248,000 bases of DNA from Andalucia godoyi And28 (Eukaryota; Protista; Jakobida): NCBI GenBank assembly GCA_009859145.1, contig VRVR01000021.1, positions 20,001 through 268,000 on the forward strand, written 5' to 3'. Positions 115,494-128,280 of this stretch are shown one piece after another. The notes under the pieces were generated by a model, which worked only from the letters and a program-made list of their open reading frames with translations, ran no database searches and was not told the DNA's origin. Made by a program: the position numbers and the translations under genes. Within the stretch, counting starts at the first letter, position 1; each line of letters begins with the position of its first letter.

Positions 115494-118082
115494 GTGGACG
115501 TGTTGTTGCTGAAACCTCTCCCTCACCCCTCCCCACCCCATCTCTTCCTTTGTGCATTTCAACATTTGTTTTTTCTTTGGCCGAACTTGGCAACTCGAAT
115601 ATTTTTTGTCTTTCACACAATGTCTTCAGCCTCTGGGAGTGAAGATTCATACGGAAACCAGCAGTATCGTTCCATGGATGCACTTGAGCTTGATGACGGC
115701 ATGGGCGAGGCACACGATCTGATTTCACCGTCCTCCTCTCCACGGGAACAGAACATTTCCGGACGTGTGCAGAATGCATCCACCGGCCCGCACATTCATG
115801 ACACTTACATGGACTCCAGTGAAATCGTCGATCAGCTGAACGTCTCGAGAGCCTATGCGGATAAACTGCAAAAGAAAGTACAGCAGCAAGCTTCCAAGCT
115901 GGTAGAGTGTCAGCAACGCATTCAAGACATGGAAGAGAAGTTTTCCGGCGCTAAAATCAGCTCAGTCAGTGTTGAGTTGCGTAAAGGCAAGGTCACCGGC
116001 GGAGGATCTGGAAACTTTGCACCAAGCGAGATCGCTCGTCTCCAGAACATGATTCGGGATAGAGAGGCTCTCATGGAAAAACTGGAGAAAGAAGCCCGAA
116101 CAGCCGAGAAGAGATGCGATGAATTCGCTAAACGGATCAGGGACTTGAAAAAGACAGCTGAAGATGCACAGAAAGAAGCGTCGTTGTGGAGAAAAAGAGC
116201 GAAGATACTTCAGGATGAGAAAGAAAACAAAGTTGACGACGAGCGACAGGAAAGCGATCTGGTCAGAGTTGCAGACATGGAAAAAGAGCAGGTATTTCGT
116301 TCAAAAATTAAGTATTTGGAACAGTTGGTGAATTCTAAGGAGAGCGATTTGGCAAACGTTCGTGAACGACTGAGAATCGTTGAGAAAGGCATTTCTAAGA
116401 ACGCTCAAGATGGAGATCCGTATCTTGCCTCTATCCAGGTAGCAGAATGGAAAGGAAAGTACGAAGCTCTTCAAGAAAATTTCGAAGCAGAGAAGCAAGA
116501 ACGTGAGAGAGTCTCCACAATGTTCGACCAGAAGAAACGTGAGTTGGCGGCATCAGAAGCACGAGTTCGTGAATTTGATTCCACGTTTCGACAGATCACG
116601 CAGCAGATTCAGAATAGTGGAACCGGAAGTAACGCGACTGTGTCTGCTTCTGTTGAGACTGTATTAGCGTGGAAACAGCAATTGGACTCCATGTCTTCGT
116701 ATGTGCGTGATGCTGCACAGCTTCGCGTCCGGCACGAAGAATTGTTGCAGAAATATGAACAGTGCCGATCGGAATTAGAAGAACAGCAGTCCCTTCACTC
116801 GGAGCTTCTGGAGGCTCTCAGAGATTACAAATCAAAGGCGGAGCACGTGGAGGATGTTGAACGCGTCAATCAGGACCGTGCTCTTTTGATTACAAAACTG
116901 CAAGCTGACCTGTCTGGATTGCAAACTCAAGATGAGGAAGTAACGAAACTTAGATTGGAAACTGAAAGACTCAGAGCTGAGCGAGACGAATTCGAAGCCT
117001 CACTGCGAGAAATGTCCAACGAAATGGACAGAGTTGAGGCAGAATCCCTTCATGCTGTCAACCTCCGCAAAGAGTTTGAAACTTTTAAGAGTCAGTTCGA
117101 ACGAATTGTGCAGGAGAAGGCTTCAGAAAAACGGATTCTTTCTGAGGAGATTGCCCAGCTAAAGCAACGACGGGATTCCGAAAATGAAGACTCAGCATCG
117201 TATGTTGCAGATCTTGAAGACAAGATTGCTACTCTGAATAATGAAGCCGAAGCCATGGAGATTGAACTGCAGGAAAAAGAGCGATCTTTAAAAGAATTTG
117301 AGCGTGAACTTGCAACGACGCGCCAGGAATCCATCAAAATGCGAAACGAATATGAAGATGTGATTCAATCCTTGAAAGAGAGGTTGTCATCGCTGGAGTC
117401 GGACGGAAGGGAACACTGGCATACACAATGGTCTCGAAGCGAAGAACTACGCGGCGAACTGCGAGCGATGTACGATCAGGTATGCCGCGAAAAGAGTGCA
117501 TTGGAGATGCGTTATGCAGAATTGAGATATGAGTTTCAGATGATGCAGTTGCATTACGGAATTCAGCCGTCAGATGAACCTTCCACGCCTCCAGTCTTGA
117601 GCTCCGTCAAACGAAGCGGCCTGTCTCCTACGAGGAATGCTGTGTCTCGGTCAGTGCCGGTTCGGAATGAGGATGAACTGCTTCGATACTTTGAATCTTC
117701 TGGTCCGCTGACTGAAATGGAGAGTGGCATGCAGCTACACAAATCCCTGTCCCACAATGTCGCCCCTGTGGATGATATATTGGAACTGAGTTCAGATGAA
117801 GAAGGACATCTTGCAGAACTTGATGACGGGTACTCGGAGACGTCTACTGACACCGTTTCCCTGCAACAGAAAGAAATCGAGAATTTGCAAGAGTCCCTTG
117901 CTCTGTCAAATGCAGCGCGAGCCCTGGTGCAAGGTGAATTGCAAAATTTGGCCTCGGAATCGGACAATGCGACCTTGGAAACAGTTGCCGAGACGGGCTT
118001 GCACCCTGCAGAAGATGTGCACAAGTCAAGTTTGCAGCAGCGGCTGGAGAGAGTCCGACGCACATTGTTAGGACGGTCTTGA
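115494..118082 (+). CDS. Long coiled-coil protein; start probably MSSAS near 115620
   Basis: E/K/Q-rich heptads. Confidence 0.65.
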   Translation: MDVLLLKPLPHPSPPHLFLCAFQHLFFLWPNLATRIFFVFHTMSSASGSEDSYGNQQYRSMDALELDDGMGEAHDLISPSSSPREQNISGRVQNASTGPHIHDTYMDSSEIVDQLNVSRAYADKLQKKVQQQASKLVECQQRIQDMEEKFSGAKISSVSVELRKGKVTGGGSGNFAPSEIARLQNMIRDREALMEKLEKEARTAEKRCDEFAKRIRDLKKTAEDAQKEASLWRKRAKILQDEKENKVDDERQESDLVRVADMEKEQVFRSKIKYLEQLVNSKESDLANVRERLRIVEKGISKNAQDGDPYLASIQVAEWKGKYEALQENFEAEKQERERVSTMFDQKKRELAASEARVREFDSTFRQITQQIQNSGTGSNATVSASVETVLAWKQQLDSMSSYVRDAAQLRVRHEELLQKYEQCRSELEEQQSLHSELLEALRDYKSKAEHVEDVERVNQDRALLITKLQADLSGLQTQDEEVTKLRLETERLRAERDEFEASLREMSNEMDRVEAESLHAVNLRKEFETFKSQFERIVQEKASEKRILSEEIAQLKQRRDSENEDSASYVADLEDKIATLNNEAEAMEIELQEKERSLKEFERELATTRQESIKMRNEYEDVIQSLKERLSSLESDGREHWHTQWSRSEELRGELRAMYDQVCREKSALEMRYAELRYEFQMMQLHYGIQPSDEPSTPPVLSSVKRSGLSPTRNAVSRSVPVRNEDELLRYFESSGPLTEMESGMQLHKSLSHNVAPVDDILELSSDEEGHLAELDDGYSETSTDTVSLQQKEIENLQESLALSNAARALVQGELQNLASESDNATLETVAETGLHPAEDVHKSSLQQRLERVRRTLLGRS

Positions 118083-118562
118083 CCGCTGGCAAGCAAACTA
118101 CATCGCGTTTTCTAGACATGTCCCAACTTGCTATAGTAACCCACTCTTTCGTTTTTACCCTACCTTATCCCACTCTCAGCCGAAAATTTCAGACAATTCC
118201 ATTCCGATCGCCTTTTTTCATTCACACAAGTTCATCGGCATTCATTCGCCGGGAAGTTCATCCAACAGAAAGGACCCCCTCACGCTCACAGTTCTAAACT
118301 TCCGTCACATCTGGATCGAGATTGGAAGAGCGCGCGCAATATCCCTTTTGAAGAACGCCTCGGCGCATTGGGACCCACCCCTTCTGAATTGAATTCACAT
118401 TCGGTTCCGATGCAAGAGCGCATATGAATGGTCCGCAATGATCAGCCCATACGTCGTGTACAAATGTTGGCGTATTGACATGCATGCAATGACATTCAAC
118501 TAGCATTTACCATTGAGCACAGGGCCCCGACACTGGTTCAGACTTTACAACTCTGTCGCGAA

Positions 118563-120323
118563 TTATCGAAGATATCCAGGTCTTTCAATTGTAATATTAA
118601 ATGATTTTCGAACCCAAGGGACATCAACATTATGGGAACCAGGACCAACCACCTCTTCAGTCTTGAGAGGATCGGAAAACCTCGAAGCCGCGCTGCCAAA
118701 CTGTCCTCGGCCCTCAGCTGTTTTCGTGTTCGCATTTGCAGAAGAAAAGTCTTTCCGAAGAGAGTATTGTCCAGGGCCAGGCATTTCCGAAGCTTCCCGG
118801 CTACCACGGAGAGACGCAGGGCCGAACCTGGGAGAAGTCGAAGTGAAAGCACTCTTCGACGGAGGAGAAGCGCGCCTAACAGGTTCACTGTCGTAGGAAC
118901 CAGGACCGGGAAAATGCTCTGCACGCTTCAAATCTCCTCCATACGTGTTGCGATCTGAACGAGAAACAAATACAGCCGATTTTCTTTGCTGCACTCGAAT
119001 ACGGTCAGGATGTGTGTCCACAATCGGGTTGTAGGACCCAGGAGAAGGCCCGCTAGACCTTGAAACTTCCTCATTATGATCAAACCGAGAAGATGTCGCG
119101 CCAAAAGCACCAAACCGTCCATGAGTGCGCTTTTTGGCTAGAGCAGCCATGGACATCGTTTCGGGGTTGTAGTACGAAAGAGGAGCAGAGGCGGCATCAC
119201 TTTGAGGAACAGAAGCGAACCGCAGCGTTCCGGTCGCAAATCCGATACCAGGTCTGGAAAATGATCGATCCTTCTTTCCGGAATTGCTATCGAGCGTCGC
119301 TCCAGCGGAAAGATACGCTCCAGGACCGGGCATGGAGATGCGCTCGGAGTCAACCAATGTAGAATCACGCACAGATGTTGAACCAAAGCACTGAAGATGT
119401 TCGGCACGATGCTGAACGCGGAAAGCTCCGGGGATTTCATAAGAACCAGGCCCAGGAGCAGTCTCTGCCGCCTTGATTTTCCGACTTGACGAATGCTGCG
119501 CTGACTGAGGTCGGACAAATGCAGCAGAAGGGCGCAGTGAGTCGAGATTTCCAGCAGTGATCCGCGAAGGAGGATCATACGAACCCGGTCCCGGAGACTT
119601 GGACTTCCCATCACCACCAGTAAAGATCACCCGATTGTCGTGAACGTTTCCGACAACGAGAGCTTTTGGATCAACAACACCCTCAAGACTCTGCCCAAGC
119701 TTTGACGTCGTGATTTTCGGAGGAGCAAATGAAAAGCCTGACTTGGACCATTTAGACTGGGGATCGGGAACCGGTTCTTCCAGCTTTGTTTCAGTCGGCT
119801 TCTGCATGATCAGCTCTCCAGATGGTCCTTCTTCGTATCCGAAACACTGATGCCTGGCAGGAACAGAAGGCGCACTTGGAACTTTAATCCACTGAAGAGT
119901 CGCATGAGAGTCTGGAATCCTGTCTTTCATTGATTGCTTTGGAGCCCATGAATCTGGTAAAACATAGGAACCGGGTCCTAAAGCGCTCGGCGTTGACTTG
120001 GAAACCTCGGTGGTGTGGCCGTTGGAATGAGACTTGAAAACAGAGCCATAGCCAGCTCCGTGAGAAGAGAAGGCAGAAGGGAGGTCATGCGATCCGGGAC
120101 CTGGTGTGTGCAATGAAGTCACAGCAGCATTAGGACCGAAGTCTCGCTTGGAAGTACTCGAGAACGGTGCCAGGGAATGGGTGTGCTGGGGGTTTCTCGA
120201 CGAATCGCCGGTCTTTGAGAACGCAGACGGAAAATCATAAGCTCCGGGCCCAACAGACGGGCTAGAGCTCGCCGCAATAAGCGACGTATTCCGAGATGAT
120301 CTCGAGGTAAACGCCATAATCAA
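118563..120323 (-). CDS. STPG/SHIPPO-repeat (PGPG) axonemal protein
   Basis: Repeated PGPGSY motifs. Confidence 0.8.
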   Translation of the reverse strand: MIMAFTSRSSRNTSLIAASSSPSVGPGAYDFPSAFSKTGDSSRNPQHTHSLAPFSSTSKRDFGPNAAVTSLHTPGPGSHDLPSAFSSHGAGYGSVFKSHSNGHTTEVSKSTPSALGPGSYVLPDSWAPKQSMKDRIPDSHATLQWIKVPSAPSVPARHQCFGYEEGPSGELIMQKPTETKLEEPVPDPQSKWSKSGFSFAPPKITTSKLGQSLEGVVDPKALVVGNVHDNRVIFTGGDGKSKSPGPGSYDPPSRITAGNLDSLRPSAAFVRPQSAQHSSSRKIKAAETAPGPGSYEIPGAFRVQHRAEHLQCFGSTSVRDSTLVDSERISMPGPGAYLSAGATLDSNSGKKDRSFSRPGIGFATGTLRFASVPQSDAASAPLSYYNPETMSMAALAKKRTHGRFGAFGATSSRFDHNEEVSRSSGPSPGSYNPIVDTHPDRIRVQQRKSAVFVSRSDRNTYGGDLKRAEHFPGPGSYDSEPVRRASPPSKSAFTSTSPRFGPASLRGSREASEMPGPGQYSLRKDFSSANANTKTAEGRGQFGSAASRFSDPLKTEEVVGPGSHNVDVPWVRKSFNITIERPGYLR

Positions 120324-123300
120324 AATCGCCTACTAAGTTAAAATGGAATCTGATAATCCATATTCAGAATATCGATGCTTTAGAGCTTGGACGGTTGTTC
120401 TCTCTTTGAAATCTCGTCAGTTCCAAAAAGCACAGAAACCGTTTGCGACGGAGAATTGTCGGAGAATTTTCGATCCCCATCCCAGCAACTCCATTCACTA
120501 CGAAAGCTGGAGTGCAGTTCAGGATGTTCATTTTCTTGGTAATGTCACGGTACACACCCAACGAACTAACAAACAGCAGCCTTTGTTAGTCAATATACGG
120601 AGGGGCTCCCTGATGCAGACCAAGAGCAACAGCGAAAATGCCACGTGACAGTTGCAACAACAAAAAAAAAAAATTAACGGATTGTGGTCAGGAGTTCTTT
120701 AAAAATGAATGCCCAACAGTGCAGAAACGGGATCCTCTTTTAAACAAGAAGCACAAACCATTCTGCCAAAAGGTCGAATCTTCTAGGTTCAAACGCGCAC
120801 TTTCTGAGAAAAGCTCTTGATCCAAAAAGTCTGCTTCCGACACCAACCGACACTCTCCACATATACGAACGCAAGTATGAACACACAGAAGAAACACACT
120901 CTTTCGCTCTCATTCACGCGATGTATGTGCGGGTGAGACATGAGATGTTACTGGGAGGACAGAGTGACGTAAAAACAAGAATACTGAACTGCCGTTCCGG
121001 AACGCAAACAGCAAACCTCGTCGAAAAGCACTGTTAGCAATCCCGCGGTTGCTGACGCCCTGCTGGGAGACGGGGAGCACGTCGAAGTGCAAAGTCTGGT
121101 CAATAAAAACACTCGGGAACAGCAGGACGGAGCGGATGTCCCACAACAGGTTTTCAGAAAACAATACGGCAACAAAAATGGCACCACTCGAACTACTGCA
121201 CAAATAGGCGAAGTTGATCCGATGAAAGCCTGCGAGCAAGAGGCAGAACGCTGAATGTGCATGTCTATCATCGTCCATGTTTTTCCGACGGGGACAGCCA
121301 GCCTCGTTGAATACCTTTGGATGCCAAGGGATGCGCTAGCAGAAGAAAACCAATTTTGCCTGTCTCTCGGCTTCAACACGTAACACGATAATTCTGAATA
121401 CTTGCTGAGCGACGCGAACGCTGACCAGGTGCATAATGTGTCTGAGACCGAATCTGCAGCCAGTTTCACCTGAAACTTCAGACGAATCGCAATACAGATA
121501 CAAGTAGCTACGTTATCTGAGTGCACACAACAAAATGGTCTGTCTGCAGAGAGACGCGTCATAAGAATGAATCATAGAAAAAACTGCAACCGAGTTCCAT
121601 ATAAACAGAGAATGGTGGGGAAATGATGGGTGGAGCTGGACCCTAACAGAACACAACTTTTCCAGTGGGCTGATGCTTTTGGTGAGCAACGACGACTACG
121701 CACCTTTCACAGCGCATTCTCAAAAAAAAAAATCAAGAGAACGGCTTCCATTTTTCCTGAAAATGGCGCTTCTTTGTTGTAGAGCGTTCTTGGCGAACTC
121801 AATTGTAGATGATGCGCAAGACAAACGCACGGTGGAAAAGATTGGTTATGTTTCTGCAATTCAGAGACGCAGGAGAACCGTTCGTTCCGGTTTGGCGAAT
121901 GAACAAATGCTATGCAGTAAGAGGTTAATCATTTGTCCAGACCTGGTGCTTTTTTGTCCTTTTCGGTGTTTGTGACAGCCATGAGGCATTTGCTCCTAGC
122001 TGCGCTTCCATAACAGGGTGGTTCAAGAAACACAGGTCCGGTCTGTGGTGTTCAGTCTAACATCAGCCTCACCCCTGGTCTATGCGACCGTGAGAGCGGA
122101 GCCACGCGGATTATAATCCATCTCGCTTACAATAATGTCTGCTTTTGTTTTTGGAAGTTTGCTTGCAGCGTATTCAAGGCTTGTATAGATGGAAGTTTAA
122201 ATGCAAAGACGAGGTGGCTTACTGTCTACTCCTGCTGACGAACTGTCCCATGACTTGCTGACGTTTTTTTTTTTCAGCTGTCAGCTGCATGCTTTTTGAT
122301 TGAAAAGCAAAATTTACAGTTTCATTTGCTTTGTTCACGCGCTTTCCGATAGTTGCGTTTGATGGGTTGTTTTCTTTCATCGCTTTTTCGCACTATTGCC
122401 GTATGTCTCCTCGCTGTCTGTGTTCTCAGAACGATCTTGATGTGGCATCCAGTTGTGATGATTGTTTTCCAATTGGTGAAGTCTCCCGTTGGCGAGATCC
122501 GATCGATGACTGCTGTGACGTGTTCGTGCAGTTCCTCCTGTCGTGTAATTTCTCTTTAGACATGCATGGATGTCAACGGTGATTTGATAGACTTTGAGGT
122601 GACCGTTTGGGTTGGTGTTGAGAAACAGTGTCTCAACGGACTGCAGTCAACTCCGGCAGGGTACGATATCATGGTGATTTGTTGCGACGTATGGTGTCAC
122701 GTACGTACATTACGACGTACAGCATGACGTACGTCATGACTTTTTTATGACGTATGAGGTTTCAGAGGAACAGTACCCCGTCTTCATATTTAAGAAGTTG
122801 TTTGTTTATTTGGTTATTTGTTTGTTTTGTTTTTATCCATAATAAATCTTTTTGACACAAACTATCTTTTATTAGCGCTGGTTATATCATATATTGGACA
122901 TATTACAATAGTTGGTAGGTCCACTTATCCACACTGAAGCGAATCCTGACGCCACCGGTTTTCTCACGTTTGTGTGGATGGTCGGTTTGTTCAATTTTAC
123001 GTTTTTCTAACCGTTCCGTCAAAAGTTGAACGTCCGACTTGATCTCTGCTGCTATCGCATGACCCAAGAAGTTGTTCAAAATTCTAGACTTCCGGAGGTT
123101 CCGCATGAATTTTCCACGGGATTTTCTTAGACAGAGGCGAATCTCTGTTTTCATTTTCACGGGAAGCCCTTCCAGCTCTGCTTTCATAATGTCTGCTATC
123201 TCTATTACAAAAATGCTTGCCGTTTCCTAATATTTCTTGCTTGTTGTTTCTTCTGTAAATGCGATTGATTGCCGGACTTTTTGCCCACCCACCCTTCCCC

Positions 123301-123418
123301 CCTGCCCATTGCCAGGATCCGCGTCGCTTCTCCGTGAAGCCAGTCCTTTGTTTTGAAAAATATCCTGTTGTTGGTATTTCGATTGTATTCCTTCGTTGAT
123401 CGCAATTCACAGTCTGAA

Positions 123419-124991
123419 ATGTCATCCGGGAAACCTGCAGTGGTTGCGTCTGTTGCAACTCCCAAAAAGAAGTCCGTGGTATGTTCACCTCCTTTTGCTT
123501 GTTGCTTGTTTTCACCGACGCTAATTTGCTTTTCCACAGCCCGTTGTTATTTCGAAACGTGCCACTCCATCTCCGACATCGTCTGTCCCCGTGATCGTTG
123601 CAAGTCGGGGCAAGTCCCCTGTTCTTGACTCAAGTAGCCTGAATCGTAAACAGCGAGCTTCTCCTTCACAGAAGATCGCTGCCCGCGCAGAGTCGGATGC
123701 AGCTGCCGCTCACGAAAGTCGCACGTCTTCCGGACCTTCTCCTGTGAATGGCCCGGTTCGATTAGTGGATCCTTTCAATGATTTGATCCTTGATGAAACG
123801 GGACCTGAAATAGGTTTACAAGAAGATCCAGCAAGCGGCGACGTGTTTGGCGAGATTGTACGTAGAATGACGTCAGAGATGCAGAAGATGCTGCCACGCA
123901 TTGTTGAGGAAACTCTTGCAGACACCATTGTGAAGCGCCATCCTGTGTCGTCTGATACCGGCTCCGGAACTCCACGGGTTGCTGACTATCTTCCGGGAAA
124001 TTGGGATGCTTTGATGGCGCGTTTCCTTGCAGAGAAGCATCCAGAGCTTTTGCAACAACAAATACTTCTGCAGTCTTCAGTTGTCTCGCTCTCTGTTGCC
124101 GAAATGGCGTATCAACAGCCGCAATACCAACTACACCAGTCTTCACAAATGCCCGGAGATCTTTCCGAAAGTATGGCCTCTTCATTCCCTCCAAAGGCGT
124201 CTCCGTTGTCGCCTGTGACTGCGTCGTCTCGGTCCGTCAGATCCTTATTGTTTCGGTCCGCTCAGAAGCGCACTCTGCGATCTCGATCCTTCGCAGCGTG
124301 CCCGGATCCGACGACCCCTGCGAATCCTGCACATGTGCATAATGGTTGTGGTCCTGTCGGACATCACCGAGTTCCGTCGCTGGATTTGGAACGCGAGCTG
124401 GGACCCATTTCTGATCCCGAAAAGGTAATCACTTCATCGTATGCGGAAGATTGCCGAGCTCCTGCCCCTGATCCAGATAGCATGTTGTTTGGACATGGTC
124501 ACCACCAAGCGGCCTCTAATGCTGCGTCTCATCTTCCCAGAGAAGAGCGGAAGAAGAAACATGTTCGTCAACAGTCATCTCCCGGCGGCTCGAGTTCAAG
124601 CCTAGCCTTTTCTGCCTCCAGTAAGAGACGCATCGCGGATCCTTCTGACGACAGTTCCGTTGGCAGAGGTCTTTCGTATGAATCAGACCACCTTGCGGAT
124701 GTCCATGCAGAGTTTGGCCCAAGCGATGCGGCTGCTGCTGCGAATACTGACCGATATGAGCCTGTAATGCTGATTCCGGGACCTCCTCGATGGGAGCATG
124801 TGATGAAACCGCTTAATCTTGCGGCAGTACACAGTCCGTCTTGTTCAACTAACAGTTCACCTCTCGCCTCTCCAACCCCTCCGTTGAAGACGCTTCCTAA
124901 CCAATCCCTGCAATCACCCCGATCGGCATTTCATCCTCCGCTGTCTCGACGATCCAGTTCGTCTAGTTCTTCCAGCCCTCGTAAGCGTTGA
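123419..124991 (+). CDS. Hypothetical S/P-rich protein, one intron
   Basis: Exon MSSGKPAVVASVATPKKKSV, GTATGT...CACAG intron, then the long ORF. Confidence 0.5.
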
Positions 124992-125399
124992 AGTTTTGAG
125001 GATGCATTCGTGCGGACTCTTGTGCTCTGATGTTGCTGCATATGTATTTTTGAATGGTTTTTAATCATGTTTGTCTTGGGATGTTTCAAAATTATCGTCC
125101 CACTCCCCACACCTGTCGGTTTTGATTATCCAAGACGTGGGCTGGTTGGCCATTTCTTGGCGGGACTTTTACTTTCTTCTTTTTATTCTCTTCTTCTTCT
125201 TTTTTTTCTTGCCTCTATTATGTTAAACTACAGATTTTATCATCCTTCCTTACCTCCAATCCTGTGCAGCAGCAGCATGTTCAGGCACCGCAAGAAGCAC
125301 GACGAGCGTTTTGCAGAGCGCGGACTGGCGTCACGACGGGAACATTTTATGAACGAATTCAAAGATGCATTGCTACACAACGCTTGCATTATACACTGA

Positions 125400-125790
125400 A
125401 CATGCATCCCGTTGCCGCGAAGGGGATCGGCCCCAACACGCCTCACGGCGCTCTTCAGATAAATGTTCCGCGCTCCGTTCCCAATCTCGATCAATCGGTG
125501 AGCCGCTTTCTCAGCGTGACACGTTGTTCCTGAGAAGGGTGCATTTTGATTCTGACGGTCTTAGCAGCAGGCGCTTTCGTGTCCTCAGTTGCAGCGATTG
125601 ATGCAACTGGAGATGCGAAAGGAAGAGGCGGTAGGCGTAGTGACACGCGGTCTCTGAGGAGGTCTGCGGGACCTAGGAGGCCCTGTATCACGAATTCCTG
125701 TGAAACAATACGTGCTAGTGTCGGCCAGTATTGACCGTGTCTGGTTATGGATACTTCCGTATGCATGAAAATGACGTGTTATTATTCAAC
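125400..125790 (-). repeat. Dispersed repeat family A, inverted copy with internal deletion
   Basis: Reverse complement of 222203-222310 and 222500-222790. Confidence 0.8.
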
Positions 125791-125976
125791 GGCAACAAGA
125801 TTGCCCAACTTTCGCTGTTCATCCATGTGGGAGACCTTATGCGGTCCCATCTGTTGTAATGTTTGGCCGAAAAATGGGGGTGCTGGAAGTTGCATGCTCA
125901 TCACGTTTTCTGTCAAAAGCCTCGACCGCGGTCTCGGTCCCGTTTTCTTGCTGTCATTCAGCATATCCCAACTCCA

Positions 125977-127539
125977 ATGGCACTCACTTCTGTCCAAGCG
126001 TTCAAGGGCCCTCTGGTGGCGGCTATCGATCAGGGCACGCAGTCTACCCGATTACTCGTTTTTGACTTGCACTCACTGTCTGTTGTTGCGTCTTCACAGT
126101 CCTCCATTACTCAGCATGTTCTGCAGCCTGGGTGGTGCGAACACGACCCTGTGGAATTGTTCTCCAGTGTTGCCGCCTGCATGAAGGATGTTGCAGAGGC
126201 CATGTCTGTTGTCCAAGTCCAGAGGATACGCTGCGTGGGAATTACAAACCAGCGTGAAACGACAGTCGCCTGGGACAAGATAACGGGACTGCCTTTGTGC
126301 AAAGCGATTGTCTGGCACGATACTCGAACCGCTTCTTTTGTGAGTGAACTGAAAGAGCGCGGATATGAATCGCTGATTCGAAGTCTCACCGGGCTTCCCG
126401 TTTCGACGTATTTTTCTGGACTCAAGATGCGCTGGATGCTTGAGAACGATCCCGAAGTTCGAAAAGCTGCCGATGAGCATCGTCTGGCCTTTGGAACTGT
126501 TGATTCGTGGCTAGTGTACAAGTTGACGGGAAAGCATGTTACAGATACATCCAACGCCAGTCGAACAATGCTAATGAACATTCATCACTGCAACTGGGAT
126601 GAGCAGCTGTTGAAATTGTTCGATGTACCCTTGAAATCGCTTCCGGAGATTATTCCTTCATGCTTTCACATGGAAACCGTCCGCATTTCACTCGAGAATT
126701 GCGCCTTTTCGTCAATACCGATTTCAGGCATTCTTGGGGACCAGCAGGCAGCTGCCCTTGGGCAGAACTGCCTCCTTCCTGGTGTTATCAAGAATACTTA
126801 TGGAACAGGATGTTTTATGATGTCTCACATCGGTCGAACACTGCCTCTCATGAACCACGATGACCCGTTGATTGCTACAGTCCATTTCAGTGTTGGAAAA
126901 AAGGAGAATGTGTATTTTGCATTGGAAGGTGCGGTTGCCTCTGCAGGCTCTTCGGTTTCTTGGCTCGTGGACAACATCAAGTTGATTGGGTCTCCTGCAG
127001 AATCGGAAGTGGTTGCTTCTTCTGTCCCCGATTGCGGAGATGTCTATTTTGTTCCGGCGCTTTCTGGATTGTTTGCGCCGTATTGGAAGCCAGATGCAAG
127101 GGGCTGTTGGGTTGGTCTTTCGCAGTACACGACTCGAAGCCATCTGGTTCGATCTGTATTGGAAGGGGTCGCCTTGCAGTGTGCTGCCATCATCCATTGC
127201 ATCCAATGCAAATGTGGGCAGGATGGAAAATCTCAGACTATGGTTCTTAAAGCCGACGGGGGAATGACCACAAACAGTTTGCTTATGCAGATGCAAGCTG
127301 ATTTTTCCGGAGTTGAGGTGGAATGTGCCAAAATGGCAGAGGCAACCGCTCTTGGTGTTGCACTGGCTTCGGCACTCGGATTTGGACTTTTTGATAGTAT
127401 TGAGCAAATTTCAGACGTGTTGACTGCTGCCAGTAATGAAATTCGCCGGTTTTCTCCGCGCACGAATGCAGAAGAGCGCACTTACAAACTCAGCCGATGG
127501 GAAGCTGCTGTTCACAGGTCATTTGATTGGAAGTCATGA
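125977..127539 (+). CDS. GK: Glycerol kinase
   Basis: AIDQGTQSTR, GITNQRETT, TYFSGLK, TDTSNASRTML, GDQQAA and KNTYGTGCF. Confidence 0.96.
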   Translation: MALTSVQAFKGPLVAAIDQGTQSTRLLVFDLHSLSVVASSQSSITQHVLQPGWCEHDPVELFSSVAACMKDVAEAMSVVQVQRIRCVGITNQRETTVAWDKITGLPLCKAIVWHDTRTASFVSELKERGYESLIRSLTGLPVSTYFSGLKMRWMLENDPEVRKAADEHRLAFGTVDSWLVYKLTGKHVTDTSNASRTMLMNIHHCNWDEQLLKLFDVPLKSLPEIIPSCFHMETVRISLENCAFSSIPISGILGDQQAAALGQNCLLPGVIKNTYGTGCFMMSHIGRTLPLMNHDDPLIATVHFSVGKKENVYFALEGAVASAGSSVSWLVDNIKLIGSPAESEVVASSVPDCGDVYFVPALSGLFAPYWKPDARGCWVGLSQYTTRSHLVRSVLEGVALQCAAIIHCIQCKCGQDGKSQTMVLKADGGMTTNSLLMQMQADFSGVEVECAKMAEATALGVALASALGFGLFDSIEQISDVLTAASNEIRRFSPRTNAEERTYKLSRWEAAVHRSFDWKS

Positions 127540-128280
127540 AGAGTATTATTTTAAACGGAAGCATGCGTTTAGCATTTCCCCCTTTGATGTTCTTTTTTAT
127601 CGTCTCACCCACCATTCTTAACGGTTTTGGCCAGATTCGCCAGCATCGAAGCCGAACAAAACAACAAACAGAAAAACGAAAAAAAAAGAGAAGAAAGAAA
127701 ACAGAGCAGACGGAAACAAATACGGGCTTTCACGAGTTTGCCAATTCAAAAAAAGAACCAGGCAAATTCGTGGAACCGTGAGTGTCCCTCGTGATCGACA
127801 CTCCGCTATTGTTTGTGCTATGCGCTTCTCCATCATGACCATCAGCGTCGTCGTCGTCGTCTTCTTCCGTCCCATCAGACGTATCCTGCTCCCGACGCAA
127901 CCACTGCGGCCATTTGGGTCAATACGCATGGTTGCGGAGTTCGGGATCCTTCGTCTTTGAAAGGGGGAACCGTTCATGCCTGCAAGAACCATAGAGCTAA
128001 GGAACGAAGTGCTGGTGGAATACCAAAAAGGAAAAGATTGTGAGAGGAGCATTTCGTCTGCTGCGTGTCGGCGTCGCCAACGCGAAGGAAGAAACAAGAC
128101 CACGAAGAAAGAAAGATGGAAACCGAGGTTCCTGTTTGCACGGAGGCTCGTTCAAACCTTTTTTGTTCAAACGTATGTTTTATAAAATTAAATACTACAC
128201 TTGCTGTTACCTGTGGAGAGTGTGCGGAAAAACCGACAAGAGTGGTGGGTGGGACGATAACAAAAATACAAACCTCTTCC

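Noticed and set aside
120900-121560. Minus-strand ORFs of 122 and 204 aa
   Set aside because: Could be a spliced gene, but no motif supports it.
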